Of a stretch of 60,688 bases of DNA, positions 35,120-46,622 are shown piece after piece. The stretch is taken from assembly GCA_009602725.1 (NCBI GenBank), contig WELB01000018.1, positions 1,052,354 through 1,113,041 of the forward strand. Direction: 5' to 3'. The position numbers and the translations under genes were made by a program. The notes beneath the pieces are model-generated. The model was given only the letters and a program-made list of their open reading frames with translations. It had not been told where the DNA came from and ran no database searches. This DNA comes from Spirogloea muscicola. Taxonomy: Eukaryota. Position 1 is the first letter of the stretch, and the number at the start of each line of letters is the position of its first letter.

Positions 35120-36420
35120 CAAAAGTAGCTCTATAAACGGGGCGAGGGCTGTGAATAGCCAGCCCAGAAAAGATCGAACAAGGAGTCGGGCAGAGTATGA
35201 TGCTGAGGAAAGCAAGCACTATTGAGGAATGTAAGTACTGATCCTACTGAACGCAGCGGCCCTTCAGAATCGAAAGGGAGGGATGAAGCTTTTTCAAAGT
35301 GGGCGATGGCTGTGAAAACAGAGGGGCGCGCGCGGTGCTCATGAGGAAGGGAAGCCAACCCTAGCCAGCACACCATTGTGAAGTAAACCAAGACAGTCCA
35401 GAAGGGGCTACAGTGATAGGACGAAAAGTACAACTGAAGGGGAACTCTAGCACCCACGAGTGAGCACATTCGTTTTCGAAGACTTATCTGGGCAGCCGGA
35501 GCACCACCACGCAAGCCAGTGGCCTGGCTTAGTGCGCCCTCACTAGAGCCTGGATTTGCTGCAACTATGCAAGAGCCGCACTCTGCGACCAGCAACCAGT
35601 GCAAAAGAAGCAACTCTTCCAGAGGGGCGATGGCTGTGGAAGGCCATCCCAACAGAGTGGGCAAGGTCCGCAGGTGCCGAGAAGAGAGACTCGTCCAGTA
35701 GGGCGATGGCTCGGATTGGCCAGCCCAGAAGAAAAGAAGGACAAAGTCCGAGGAGGGGTCAGAAAAGCGTAAAAGCACACAGCGACTAGCGTGGCCACTG
35801 CCGGAGAGCACTATGAAGCCTTTGTCCTTTCTTTTTGGGCTGGCTTTGCCAGCCCCTCTTCTCTATAGGCGAGCACTTTCTTTATGAAGCCCCTCTTTTC
35901 TTTTTTTCTATGGGCGAGCACTTCCTTATGAAGCAGGGTAGATTCTTTCTTATCGGCATCAGGGAAAGGAGGACGCTTCCAGGAGGACGCTTCTGCTAAT
36001 CAATTGTAGGCCCCTCCAAACGTGTCAATCTTTTTGGGCTGGCTTTTTGCAGCCCATTTGAAGTGCCACTTCTTTCAGTAGAGAGAGGAGTGCTCGCCCA
36101 TAGAGAAGAGGGCTGGCAAAGCCAGCCCAAAAAGAGGGAGGCTGAAGCAGGCCAATACTCTGTCTGTGAGAAAGCAAGCGCGGCCAGATTGACTGGTGGC
36201 TGGGAGAGGCCAGCCCAAAAGGAATGGACAAGGACAGAAGAATCCTGGGTGCTAAGTACTAAGATAGCAGCAAGGGAACTCTCACTAACCTCTAGTCAGA
36301 AGATGCAAGTCTGACTAGCTCGACGGCGGAAAGACGTCGCCCTGACGGTAGCCGGAGGCCGCAGCCAAAGCGCGGCCGGCGCGCAGGTGAACCGCGAAGG
36401 CCAGGGACCGCTGCAAAGAG
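35120..36420. mobile_element. Dense nest of about 10 retrotransposon 3'-end fragments (types A, B, C) in both orientations
   Basis: Recurrent GCCAGCCC(A)nGAA hairpin motif. Decayed ORF ends at about 35440-35540 and 36283-36420 (SLQRSLAFAVHLRAGRALAAASG...LLTRG*). TATGAAGC triplet at 35812, 35883 and 35927. Confidence 0.8.
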
Positions 36421-36421
36421 A

Positions 36422-37224
36422 GAAGTGGCACTCCCAATGGGGGCAAGGGCTGCGAAAAGCCAGCCCAAAAAGAATTCACAAAGGTTCAGAGGGGCCTAAG
36501 AGCGGTGAGCAGCTACAAAGGGGCCTGAGGATGCTATGGTAAAACAGGGGGAGGATGGATCACTCAGTAATTACGAGTGAGGAGCCTCAGATCCGACAGA
36601 CTAGCTGCCGGGAAGCTATCACCCTGACGAAAGCCAGAGCCCGCAGCGAGAGCACGGCCAGCTCGCAGATGCAGAGCGTGGGCCATGGAGCGCTGCAGGG
36701 ATACAGAGAGGCGCGTCCGGTAGACCTGCGCCCACGAGCCAGCGGCGTTGAAGTCGGCTGGCTCGCCGCGTCTGCGGGACACAGCCCGCCGCGCAAGCCT
36801 AGCCAGCAAGTCAAGCAACTGGGAGCCAAGAGCCCCGTGTACGTCCACCGCCAAGGGGACGAACTCGTCGGCAGGTGGGTGGTCGGAGTGCTTGGCCGCC
36901 TTGCAGCGAGCGGCCTTTTCTCTTTCGAGGCAGCGTGGCCTGCCCGCGAGGCAGAGAGCCCCAGGTTGGAGCGGTCGACCACATCGGTGGTGACTACATC
37001 GGCTATGATCCGCGCGCCACCTCCGGGCGTGAACGCACCAGGTCAACACGACGCGTATGGTGTCCGTCAGCCCCTCTCGAGGATGGGCATGACCGAGGCG
37101 TTCTCCATCGCCACCGTGTAGCCCGCCTCCTGAAAGATCCCGAACATAGCATCACGCAAGAGGTCGTGCGCAGCTGTTCGTTCGCCTCCAGTGGCGCAGC
37201 GGAGGAGATGCGCCGCCAGCTCCG
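36422..37224 (-). mobile_element. 803-nt 5'-truncated copy (Zn knuckle, RLE, type A 3' UTR) with 14-bp TSD
   Basis: HLLRCATGGERTAAHDLLRD...RRVDLV...KAAKHSDHPPADEFVPLAVDVHGALG...SDLRLLTRNY*. CCGCTGCAAAGAGA at 36408-36421 and 37225-37238. Confidence 0.9.
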
Positions 37225-37238
37225 CCGCTGCAAAGAGA

Positions 37239-37880
37239 TAGCCCAAAAAGAATGGAGAGGCCAGCCCATACGGAAGAAGTGGCACTCCCAATGGGGGCAA
37301 GGGCTGCGAAAAGCCAGCCCAAAAAGAATTCACAAAGGTTCAGAGGGGGCCTAAGAGCGGTAAGAATGAAGAAAGTGGGTGGGAAGGAGTCCCGTACCTG
37401 ACAAAGAAGTGGCACTCCAAATGGGCGCAAGGGAGAGCCACTTCTCTTTCAAATGGGGGCAAGGGCTGTGATAAGCCAGCCCAAAAAAGAATTGACAAGG
37501 GTTCGGAGGGGCCGAAGAGAATCCGCAAAGAGAATGAGAGATGCCAAAATGAGCGCTTGCCAGCTCCTCTTCTCTGCCTCCCTGGCCCAGGTATTCCGGA
37601 TGCGGCTCTCCGTGTCCCTCCAACTGCTAGCCCACCCTTCTCTATGGGAAGAAAGTGCTCTGTGATAAGCCAGCCCATATTCTCAATGGGCGAGCCCTTC
37701 TCCTCTGTTTGTACTAATGTCATCTTAGGTACCTTAGATTAGGTCTCCGTATTATGTAGCATTGTTTAGTCTGCACTCGACTCTGCCTGAACAATGTATT
37801 GGCTTGAATTGGCCTCCCTTTCAATTCATGCGCCCCGCGCGCCTTCTCTCTCTCTCTGTGGGCGAGCACTTTCTTCCCAG
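37239..37880. mobile_element. Further nested 3'-end fragments
   Basis: Type A ends at about 37273-37361 and 37405-37515, an ORF scrap LAQVFRMRLSVSLQ at about 37580-37625, and type B termini at about 37685 and 37860. Confidence 0.75.
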
Positions 37881-37903
37881 AAAATGGGGCGGGGCCTGTG
37901 GTT

Positions 37904-38071
37904 CTCACTCGTACTTATTGAGTGATTCATCCTCCCCCTGTTTTACCATTGCATCCTCAGGCCCCTTTGTAGCTAGCTGCTCACCGCTCTTAGGCCCCTC
38001 TGAACCTCTGTGAATTCTTCTTGGGCTGGCTTTTCGCAGCCCTTGCCCCCATTGGGAGTGCCACTTCTTCT
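37904..38071 (+). mobile_element. Type A 3' end (168 nt) with candidate 7-bp TSD
   Basis: Near-identical reverse complement of 36422-36582. TGTGGTT at 37897-37903 and 38072-38078. Confidence 0.8.
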
Positions 38072-38103
38072 TGTGGTTGGCCAGCCTGGGGGGCACAGAA
38101 TGA

Positions 38104-38200
38104 AGAAGGTGCTCGCCCATTGAGAAGAGGGGCTGGCAAAGCCAACCCAAAAAGAATGGACAATGTTCAAAGCCAAAGAAAGAGGTGCTGAAAAAGGACT
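38104..38200 (-). mobile_element. Type B 3' end (97 nt) with 9-bp TSD
   Basis: ACAGAATGA at 38095-38103 and 38201-38209. The insert matches 55474-55552. Confidence 0.85.
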
Positions 38201-38304
38201 ACAGAATGAGCCAAGGCCAAGGAACGGGACGGCCTCAAAAGCCAAAGTCTTCAGCAAACGGCACCTTTTGGGGGCGGGGGGAGGAGGGCGAGCGCCGGCC
38301 GGCT

Positions 38305-38388
38305 GCCACGTGGCCGGGAAGCTCGTGGCCTGCCACGCGGCGGCACGGTTGCCCGCCACGCCCGGGCCGGGGGGCCGGCTGACGTGGC
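38305..38388. promoter_or_regulatory. G-box/ABRE-like motifs upstream of the LysM gene
   Basis: GCCACGTGGC at 38305-38314 and GACGTGGC at 38381-38388, about 150-230 bp before ATG 38537. Confidence 0.5.
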
Positions 38389-38536
38389 GGGTGGGGGCTG
38401 CGGCGAGCCAATGGGCGCGCGGGGCGGCGCCGCGGCCCCATCCGTCCCGTTGGCGAATGCCGGGATTGCCAGGCGCCGTCGGATGANCGCAGCGCCTGCC
38501 GCGCCGCCGTCCACCGCCGCCACCGCCGCCGCCGCC

Positions 38537-40532
38537 ATGTCGAGCAGCGGCCCCGACGGCGCCAACGGGCCCTCCGACTCGCTCAACGTCAACACCGACC
38601 GCACCTTCAACACCGACCGCACCTTCAATGCCGACGGCAACCGCACCACCGGCGGCGACGACGTCCCCATCGGCAAGATTGCCGGCGCCGTCATCATCGG
38701 CGGCATTGCGCTGACGCTCCTCAACTCCAGGACGGGTGAGCCGCTGCACTGCCTTCCCTCGCCCGCCCAGCGCGCTGTGCGAGGCACAAGTCTTGCCGCC
38801 GTCCCCCGGCGCGTCCGTCCTCAGCTCCTCTTCTCTCGCGTCCGCACTGCCCGAGAAGCAACGTCAGGCGAAGAGCTCGTGTCTCTCGGCTTCAGCTGCC
38901 GTCCATGAAGCCCTATCTGGTCTTGCCGTGTCTTTCCCTGCCTTGCCCGGCAGCATGTTTGACACTTCTTGAGATGCAGTGGGGCATCGTAGAGCAGGCC
39001 GCGTGAGTTCCTGCCGGGCCGCCGCATGTCATAGCTGCTGGAGAATGGAGTCACTCAAGTGTCTGGTGTGTCAACCTTAGGGAAGGGACAAAGGCATGCA
39101 GTGAGAGGACGTCACTTACAGGGTCTTGCACCATTGTGCTGTACGAGAGGCTACTCTGCTCACGTTTTGAAGCAAGTCATAGCTGCTACTATCAGTGCTT
39201 GCTGCTTGCCGGAGTTGCCAGAGGAAAGGTTTGAATGACAGTGTTGCAGAGCACTTGACGATCACCACAGCAGGATGTAAAACCCACAGCCAGATAATAA
39301 TAAAGACGGGACAGAGTAGCAATGCCATGTGATAATCAGTGTGGGACAACAGGCAGCCAGACACATGCGCTCAGACACCGGGTTTGTCAGGCAGGCATTG
39401 CAGAGGCTGAGCATCTGCGGAATAAGAATTTAGCAGAGTGAAATCGTGGTGTGCTATGAGGACCCACAGGGAGATTCTTGCTGATGCATTGCTGTCTTCT
39501 CTGTCTCTGTGTTCTCAGCCCGGAAGAAGGTCAGCCAGACCGTCGACAACGTGAAGGGCTCTGTTAGCAACACCGTGGACCGTGTGGAGCGCAGTGTGGA
39601 CCGCAATGTGGACCATGGCCACGACAGGGTTGATCGTCTCTATGACCGTGCTTACAGCGATAGCAAGGTGTGTACAGAGGAGTGCTCAACAGCAGCCATT
39701 TGCGGGAGTCAAAAACTCTGTAGAGTTGTGCCATCCAACTTCACTGCACTTACCCCATAGACTTGCCATGTTGTCTTACATCTTCGCCGGCAGTTTCGAG
39801 TGATGGTCTGGTTACAGAATATACTTGAGTCTTTGGGTCCTCGTTGATGTCGTCCGGAGGTGCTCATACTGCTAATTGTAGCTGCATATGGAGTTGTCCG
39901 TGTAGCTGTCAGTGGTCACTTCCTCAGATGGCGAGCCCGCTTCTTGTGTTGCAGAATGTGAGCACAGATGCCAATAGCAGGTTTGGCTCCTTCTTTGGAA
40001 GGGTTGACAATGCTGCCAAGGACGCTGAGCGGTCCGCTGAGAGGGCAGCTTATGACACCAAGAAGAATGTGGCTAGGACCGCTGACAAGGTTCAGAACAG
40101 GACCGAAGATGCTTACAACCGGACCAAGGACAAGGTTCACAGGGCTATGACCACCTACCGTGTGAACAAGGGGGATACCCTCTGGAGCATTTCCAGGAAG
40201 CATGGGGTAAGACTGCTGGGGAATATAGCCTTGTGCTACACGCTGATGGATCACAGTCAGCAGTGGTCTTGTATAGTCAGCTCAGGAGTGGCCTTGTAAT
40301 TAGCAACACTTCCACCAGCTGGATTTCCTGTTGTGGGCTGTGGTTAGCCTAGGCTATGGTCGCGCTCTGCATGGTTGTTGCCTTTGATTCACGCCAAAGC
40401 CCTGGTGACGTTGTATGTTTTCATCTCATATTGGCACTGTTTGTGCAGGTCTCTGTTGGTGAGCTGAAGGCAGCCAATGTGCGCATTGGCAACACCATTG
40501 ATGTGGGTGATGAGATCCAGATTCCGAAGTGA
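38537..40532 (+). CDS. Membrane-anchored LysM protein with LEA-like hydrophilic helical middle (exons 38537-38735, 39519-39667, 39955-40206, 40449-40532)
   Basis: Phase-consistent GT-AG introns. Hydrophobic IGKIAGAVIIGGIALTLL. C-terminal LysM YRVNKGDTLWSISRKHG|VSVGELKAANVRIGNTIDVGDEIQIPK*. Confidence 0.88.
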
Positions 40533-42109
40533 TGAGACAGCTAGTCTGACTGGCGATGGCGGCAGGTCCTGGAGAGATTGTGGTCCACAAGCAGAGTAGC
40601 AATCACAAGAGAAGGGGGGTTGCTTGACGTCGTAAAATGGATTATGTTGCATGGCAGCATCATAAGGGCAATTGCTCGCACTGTCAACAAGGCACAGCCC
40701 TCCTTTGAGGTGGCTGTCTTGTAAATTTTGTCCCTCCAAAGGAGCAGGGTGTCCAGGTTAAGCCTGCCCAGTGCCACGGGGTGCCAACGGACTTGTGCTG
40801 GTGGCTTACGAGCAGACTTCTTCAAGGCGTATCTGTCACAGCTTCACTTGTTTGCTGACCATCATGCCAAGGTCGCAAGGGACCTGTGAATTGCAAGGTT
40901 GCAGCTAAGGTGTTACCGCGTCCTAAGTCCGTTGAATGCGGTGGAGCAGTCTACGACAGTGACAACTCGCACTTGCCTAAAAATTTTATATACTGGCGTT
41001 GTTACTGGTGCAAGACAAGGTTTTGCTTACAGATTTGGTACTGGCTGTTTTGTCAAGCCCAAGATCGTGTGCAATGTGTTCTTTGTGGAAATCCTCAAGC
41101 GAGGTAGCAAGTAGGACAGGTAAGAGCCAACCAGCAAATGGAGGATGAGGAGATGGCGCTCACTGCTAACAGAGCATCATACACCGGCACTGCCATTTGG
41201 GGGGGCGACTTATCAGGCACTATCATTCCTGACTTGACACACTGTCTCTCCAGCCAAGCCCAAGCCAAGCCTGGCTGCAGATTGTAGTGGTAGTGAAGGT
41301 GGAGACTGCTGAGCTAAGCACTTAATCAATGCAACCTCAGGTGGAGGACAGGTCAGTTGCCAGTCATAGGAGACATGGCTGCTTTGGCTCAGTATGCAAG
41401 TGCTGCTTGGCCAGCTCTGCTCTGCTTCTCGGTCTCTCTTTCAGCAGACTCCTTGGAGCCACTGCCATTGGCAATGCAGCTCTCTCGGCCTTGCTCTCTC
41501 TGTCCGAATTGGCTACAACCTGGGCCTCTCTTGTCCACTCCTTGCTGGCTGCTCTTGCAGCCACTACCACTCTCCGGGAAGAGCCTGGACTCTGTATCCC
41601 CCTCTTTGTAAGAGAGACGGATATGCGGCTCTCCCTCACCTCCCGAGCTCTGGCTATTCATTAGCGTGCTGGGCGCGCTCTGAGTCAGGCCACTAACTTC
41701 CATGGCGGTGCTCCAGCTCCCCGAGTTCGCCTGTCGTACTTGTATGTGCTCACTTGTGGGTGCTGACGTCACACTGTCACCTTAGCCACCTTAGCAAAGG
41801 GCTTTGGTACATGTTCCCCCCCTTTTGCGCTAGCTTCCGCCTGAACACTGCATGAAACTGCTTCGTGCGCATTTCCTCTCTGGGCCCTGGCCACTTCCTT
41901 GTTCTTCTGTCCACTCTCGTTTGGCTGCGGGCTTGCTGGCCCAGGCCGGGATTGTGCGCCTGTCCATTCGGCTGCATTTACAGGCTTTCACTCTGCATAT
42001 TAATTAGTTCTGAATGGCGGCGGGGCAACTATCTCTCTGCAGCTCGATCACGCTTGCTTGCGGCTGATGACGACTGGCTCCGCTGCCCTTGCTGCCCATT
42101 CATTCAGCA

Positions 42110-42441
42110 CACTTCAGCCCCCTTCGAACCTTGTCAACTCTTCTGGGCTGGCCCTTCACAACCTGTTGGAAGAGCTGCTCCTCCGGTGGGAAAAGCGTGT
42201 GTGTCAAGAGATGAAGGGCCTGTTTGGCCGAGTACAAAGGCAAGCACATCGGTGGGAGCCCATCCACCGTCTCGCCCCCGAGCCCGTGGCACCCATTCGC
42301 CGTGCTGTGAGTGGCACGCCGCTTCCCCGAGCCCTCTGTCCATCCCCTTTGTAGCTGCTCACCGCTCTTAGGCCCCTCTGAACCTTTGTGCATTCTTTTT
42401 GGGCTGGCTTTTCGCAGCCCTTGCCCCCTTCTTTCTTTCTT
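42110..42441. mobile_element. Three short 3' ends: type C (about 42115-42180, +), type D (42192-42249, -) and type A (42346-42441, +)
   Basis: CGGTGGGA at 42184-42191 and 42250-42257. TCTGTCCATCC at 42335-42345 and 42442-42452, with a (CTTT)n tail on the latter insert. Confidence 0.85.
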
Positions 42442-42514
42442 TCTGTCCATCCATCTGCCGCTGGCCTCATCGCAGCCGTCACACACTCTTCTCTACCCTT
42501 CAGCTCGATGGCCT

Positions 42515-42610
42515 CCACGTGGCAGGCAGACCGCAGCCCTCCCTCCCCCGGCCACGTGGCAGGCTGAGACTGCCACCGCAGCTCAGGCCGCCTACATGAC
42601 CGCCACGTGG
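42515..42610. promoter_or_regulatory. Cluster of three G-boxes (CCACGTGG)
   Basis: CCACGTGGC at 42515, GCCACGTGGC at 42551 and GCCACGTGG at 42602, just upstream of the gene emerging from gap 42700-42788. Confidence 0.55.
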
Positions 42611-42635
42611 ACACATGGGGACACATTGCCCGCAA

Positions 42636-42666
<31 letters not shown>

Positions 42667-42788
42667 TGCCGCCCTGACCGCCGCCGCCGCCGCTTCCGCN
42701 NNNNNNNNNNNNNNNNNNNNNNNNNNNNNNNNNNNNNNNNNNNNNNNNNNNNNNNNNNNNNNNNNNNNNNNNNNNNNNNNNNNNNNNN

Positions 42789-43771
42789 CCGCCGCCGCCG
42801 CCGCCGCCGAGCGGGGCTGACGGGGCCCGGCGCCGAGCGCGTGGCAGTGGCGGACGCGCGGCTGAAGCAGCTGGAGGCGCTGCTCAAGGAGCACCTCAAC
42901 TCGCGGCCGCCCATCCACCCCGTCTTCGACGAGGACGCCGGCGAGGCCCAGCGCACTGAGGGCCCCAAGGTCCGCCGCCGCCGCCGCCGCCGCCGCGCCG
43001 GTGCTGCGTCCCCTCCCGGTCCGTGCCAAAGCTCCGCCGCTGCGCCCGCCCGCTTGCGCCGCGCCGCAGGATCGGGCGCAGCTCATCATGCTGGAGCCGA
43101 CGAGCGAGGAGGGCGTGCGGGACTCGGCGGACGCCATCTGGGCGGCGTTCGCCGACAAGCCGCTCGTCAAGGGCGTGGCCATGGTCGTCAACGTGCTCGA
43201 CGTCGCGGAGCACGCGAGCGTGGCCGAGGAGGAGAAGGTGGGCGCTCGCGCCAGCACCACGCGCCCTGCCCGAGATGCTCGAGAGATGTGCGAGTGCCTG
43301 TTGGGCAGTCGGCGTCGAGGAGATGGGCGCGCCCCACCTGAGCTGGCTGCTCTTGCTGCGGCGTCGGCGCCTGGCAGGACCCCGAGGGCCTGCTTCAGCG
43401 CCACCTCGACGGTGTGCGGTTGATCAGCCGCGAGTTCTGCCAGCGCTGGCGCGCACACAAGATGCAGGGCGTGCTGGTGAATGTCGCGGCAACGTCCGAG
43501 GGCAACGACGAGCTCTACGCTGCTGCTGACGCCCGCCTTCACGAACTCACCGAGGTTGGCATGCTGCAGGACTCATAACGACAACCGGCACGGCTGTAGT
43601 CCAGAGGGCAGTGCTGCCTTCAAACGACGGCTTCACTTATACACATGCCAATCGGCACATCTTGTTGTTTGGCGGCTGCAGGAGTTGTCCAAGGAGTTTG
43701 CGTCGGACGAGGTTGTTGTCAAGGTGCTCCCAGCCGGGACGCTCCTGTCGGAGGACGTCCTGAAGGTGTAG
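42789..43771 (+). CDS. Hypothetical small protein, three visible exons (to 42969, 43070-43237, 43682-43771); start in gap
   Basis: Strong GC3 coding bias. Phase-0 GT-AG introns join ...LKQLEALLKEHLNS..TEGPK|DRAQLIMLEP...AEEEK|ELSKEFASDEVVVKVLP...LKV*. No family recognised. Confidence 0.7.
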
Positions 43772-45001
43772 GCACATTATTCTGGCCGGAGGGGGGCTCG
43801 CATGAGCAGCATGAGCAGCAGATGCTGCCATCCACCACTACAAGGAGGCGGTGGAGTAAATACCATGTGCGGCAGTTGCCGCATTGCCTGCCACAGAATG
43901 CTGTATCTCTTACACGTCGTGCACATCACAGCCTTCACAGTCCTCTGTCTACTCGATTCCTTGTGGCAAGCACATGTTGCACACAGTGATATACACACCC
44001 TGCCACACAATTGCTGCCTTAGTTATGATGAACTGGACGAATGAAAGCTTATTTGGTGACAGCAGCCAGTAACCCAACCCCACGTCCTCCTGGTTCCTCC
44101 TCGTTCACTGTTGTAACCAGTACCAAGTAAGTAACCTTTAAGTGAGAAACAGATTCTAGACACCATCGACCTACTTACCTTTGGCATAAGAAGCGAGCAG
44201 CACTGTTGGTAGCAGAGGCTAAAGCTGCTCAACATTTCAGTAAGGTCAGGCTGCTGACGTGCAACAAGCACTTCATTATTACACCAGGCTTCCCTGTGCA
44301 CTGCTTGTCAAGATATGATTGTCATGCCCCTGGTCTCACTTCAGCAGTTGCAGGCGTCTGCTGACAACTCCAGCAGGAAATTCTTCAGCTGCTTCACTCC
44401 AGCTGCTTCACTCCTGTAGTTGACCAGTCGTTGCGACCTTCAGTCGAGTAGGGCTGTGAAGCATCTCATGACATACTTGCATTGTCGTCCTGCCACTGCT
44501 CTTCCCCATTGTGTGCTGTTTACCTCCTCCTTCCCAACATCGTTGTGTAGATGCATGCTGGCCATCCATAGCCTCCATGGAGCCACTATTTTCGAAAAGG
44601 ATCGGGCTCAAGAGAGAGAGCAACGCGCCACTTATGCAACAACATGAAATGACATGCAATGAGATCAATCACATATGAAACTATATTGTCGTGCCTTGCG
44701 TGAGGAGGTTGATAATACTTCATCCAGCTTAGCTGCAACTAGAGTTGACAATACAAGAGCATGTAGTCGCTCATTATGTGAGCACTAATGAAACACCGTT
44801 TCCCTTAAATATTTGAACATTATTCACTGAATGTATTGAACAGCAGTGTGGGCACGTTTCTGGCTCACTGGTGATGATTCTGCAGCCACAGCTGCCTACA
44901 TTAGCCTGCAGATGAGGAGCCCTAAGTGCTGCAGCATGCTGCCTGTGTTCACAGTTGCGATAACATGTTCTCGCAGGCGCATGCCACAAGCTGGGACCAT
45001 T

Positions 45002-45186
45002 GGACAAATGCCTGGTGTGGAGGTACTTTCAACATCACAAATCAGCAATCATCCGTACACCTTACCAGCTGTGCCACGAATGACAACAGGACAAATGCCT
45101 GGTGTGATGATACCATAGGCGTCAAACATCAGCAATCATGCATGGCCCTAGCCTGTGAAATTTGACAACAGCCAAATGACAACAGC
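45002..45186. repeat. Imperfect tandem repeat of about 85 bp (about 2 units)
   Basis: GGACAAATGCCTGGTGTG at 45002 and 45089. ATCAGCAATCAT and TGACAACAG recur at similar spacing. Confidence 0.6.
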
Positions 45187-45553
45187 AAGCAACCGGCTCA
45201 GGAGCAGAAAATGTCGGTATTTCCCAGAATTTCGTAAGCACAAAACTACAAGCAGTGCTGCGGCGGGCAGTGCTGAAAAATCAGGAGGGCTAGACATTGG
45301 AGTAATGTCTCCTATTTGAGGTGACGCACTCCTCTAGCACTCTGACCACTGCTAATTCTGCTGGTATCTGCGAGTGGTCTCCAGAGAAAGTTGCTCAACG
45401 ACCACCAGAGCTACCAGCGCAAGCTCTATAGTGTACAGCCGGCTCCTGCTGCCTGACTCCCACCACAATGACCAATGAAACTGGCACTTGTGATCCTCTG
45501 CTTCTCAGCATTCTGAGGTAAGCACAAGAAGCGAGCAAGAATCTCCCGCAGCC

Positions 45554-46622
45554 TCAGATGGTGTAGTCGGACCAGTTCTTGATGAAGGAGGTGTGGTCCA
45601 TGGACTCAGCAGCAGTCGGCGAGTCGGGTTGGGCCTTGCTTTTGCCACCCAGCAGGCGTGCGGGGTTGCCAACTGCCGTCGTATTGGGAGGCACGTTGGT
45701 GAGAACCACAGAGCCTGCACCAATCTTGGCGCCCTCGCCAACAGTGATGGGCCCCAGCAGCGTCGCGCCAGCACCAATCAAGACGCCCTCGCCAACCTGC
45801 AGCATAGCATAGACAGCAGAAGGGCAGGGTATAGTCAGGGTCTGATACAGAGCGAGATTTCACACAAGAAGGGCCAAGCTGGCGTGACGGCTGCACCAGC
45901 AGTGCGAGGAGTATCACCTTGGGATGGCGATGGCAGCCATACGCGCCGGTGCCGCCGAGCGTCACGTGGTGCAGGATGGACACATTGTTGCCGATTTCGG
46001 CGGTCTCGCCGACCACAATGCCAGTGCCGTGGTCAAGCAGGATGCCGTGACCAATGCGGGCGGCCGGGTGGATGTCGACGTGGAACACCTCGGAGGCGCG
46101 GCTCTGGAGCGCGAGCGCAAGGGCCCGGCGGCCGCGGCCCCACAGCGCGTGGGCGACGCGGTGGCTCTGGCAGGCCAGGAAGCCCTTGAAGTTGAGGAGG
46201 CAGTGCGAGTAGCTGACGCACGCGGCGTCGCGGTCCTTGACGGCCACGATGTCGGAGCGCATGGCGGCGCGCACGCCGGCGTCCTCGGCGAAGGTGTCGG
46301 CGACGAGCGTGAAGAGCTGGGTGCCGAGGAGCGTGGAGGAGTCGAGCTTGTTGGCGAGGTGGAAGGCGAGCGCGCGCTCCAGCGAGCGGTGCGCCAGGAT
46401 GGTGGAGTACAGGAAGCTCGCCAGCGCGGGCTCCGCCTCCGAGTCCGCGCGCGCCTCCCGCCGGATCTGCAGCCAGAGCTCGTCGGGCTCCGCCTCCTGC
46501 ACCTCCGGCGCCACCACCGCCGGCCGGCTGCTCCGGCTGCGCCGCCGCAGCGCCGCGAGGCTGCTGGCGCTGGCGCTGGCGCCGCTCGCGGCGCTGGCGT
46601 CGAGGAGGAGGACGCCGCCGCC
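45554..46622 (-). CDS. SAT: Serine O-acetyltransferase (CysE/SERAT); intron 45797-45917; N-terminus in gap
   Basis: EPALASFLYSTILAH, DRDAAC, FKGFLACQSHRVAH, VDIHPAARIG.GILLDHGTG, VTLGGTG...RHPK|VGEGVLIGAG, and the OAS-TL-binding-type tail WSDYTI*. Confidence 0.97.

Noticed and set aside
35120..38210. CRISPR array suggested by recurring GCCAGCCCAAAAAGAA repeats
   Set aside because: Spacing is irregular, orientations are mixed, the intervening sequences are homologous to each other, and there are no cas genes. The pattern is explained as retrotransposon 3' UTRs.
40880..42000. Several 70-170 aa ORFs between the LysM gene and the 42110 nest
   Set aside because: I could not establish a domain or a consistent splice structure.
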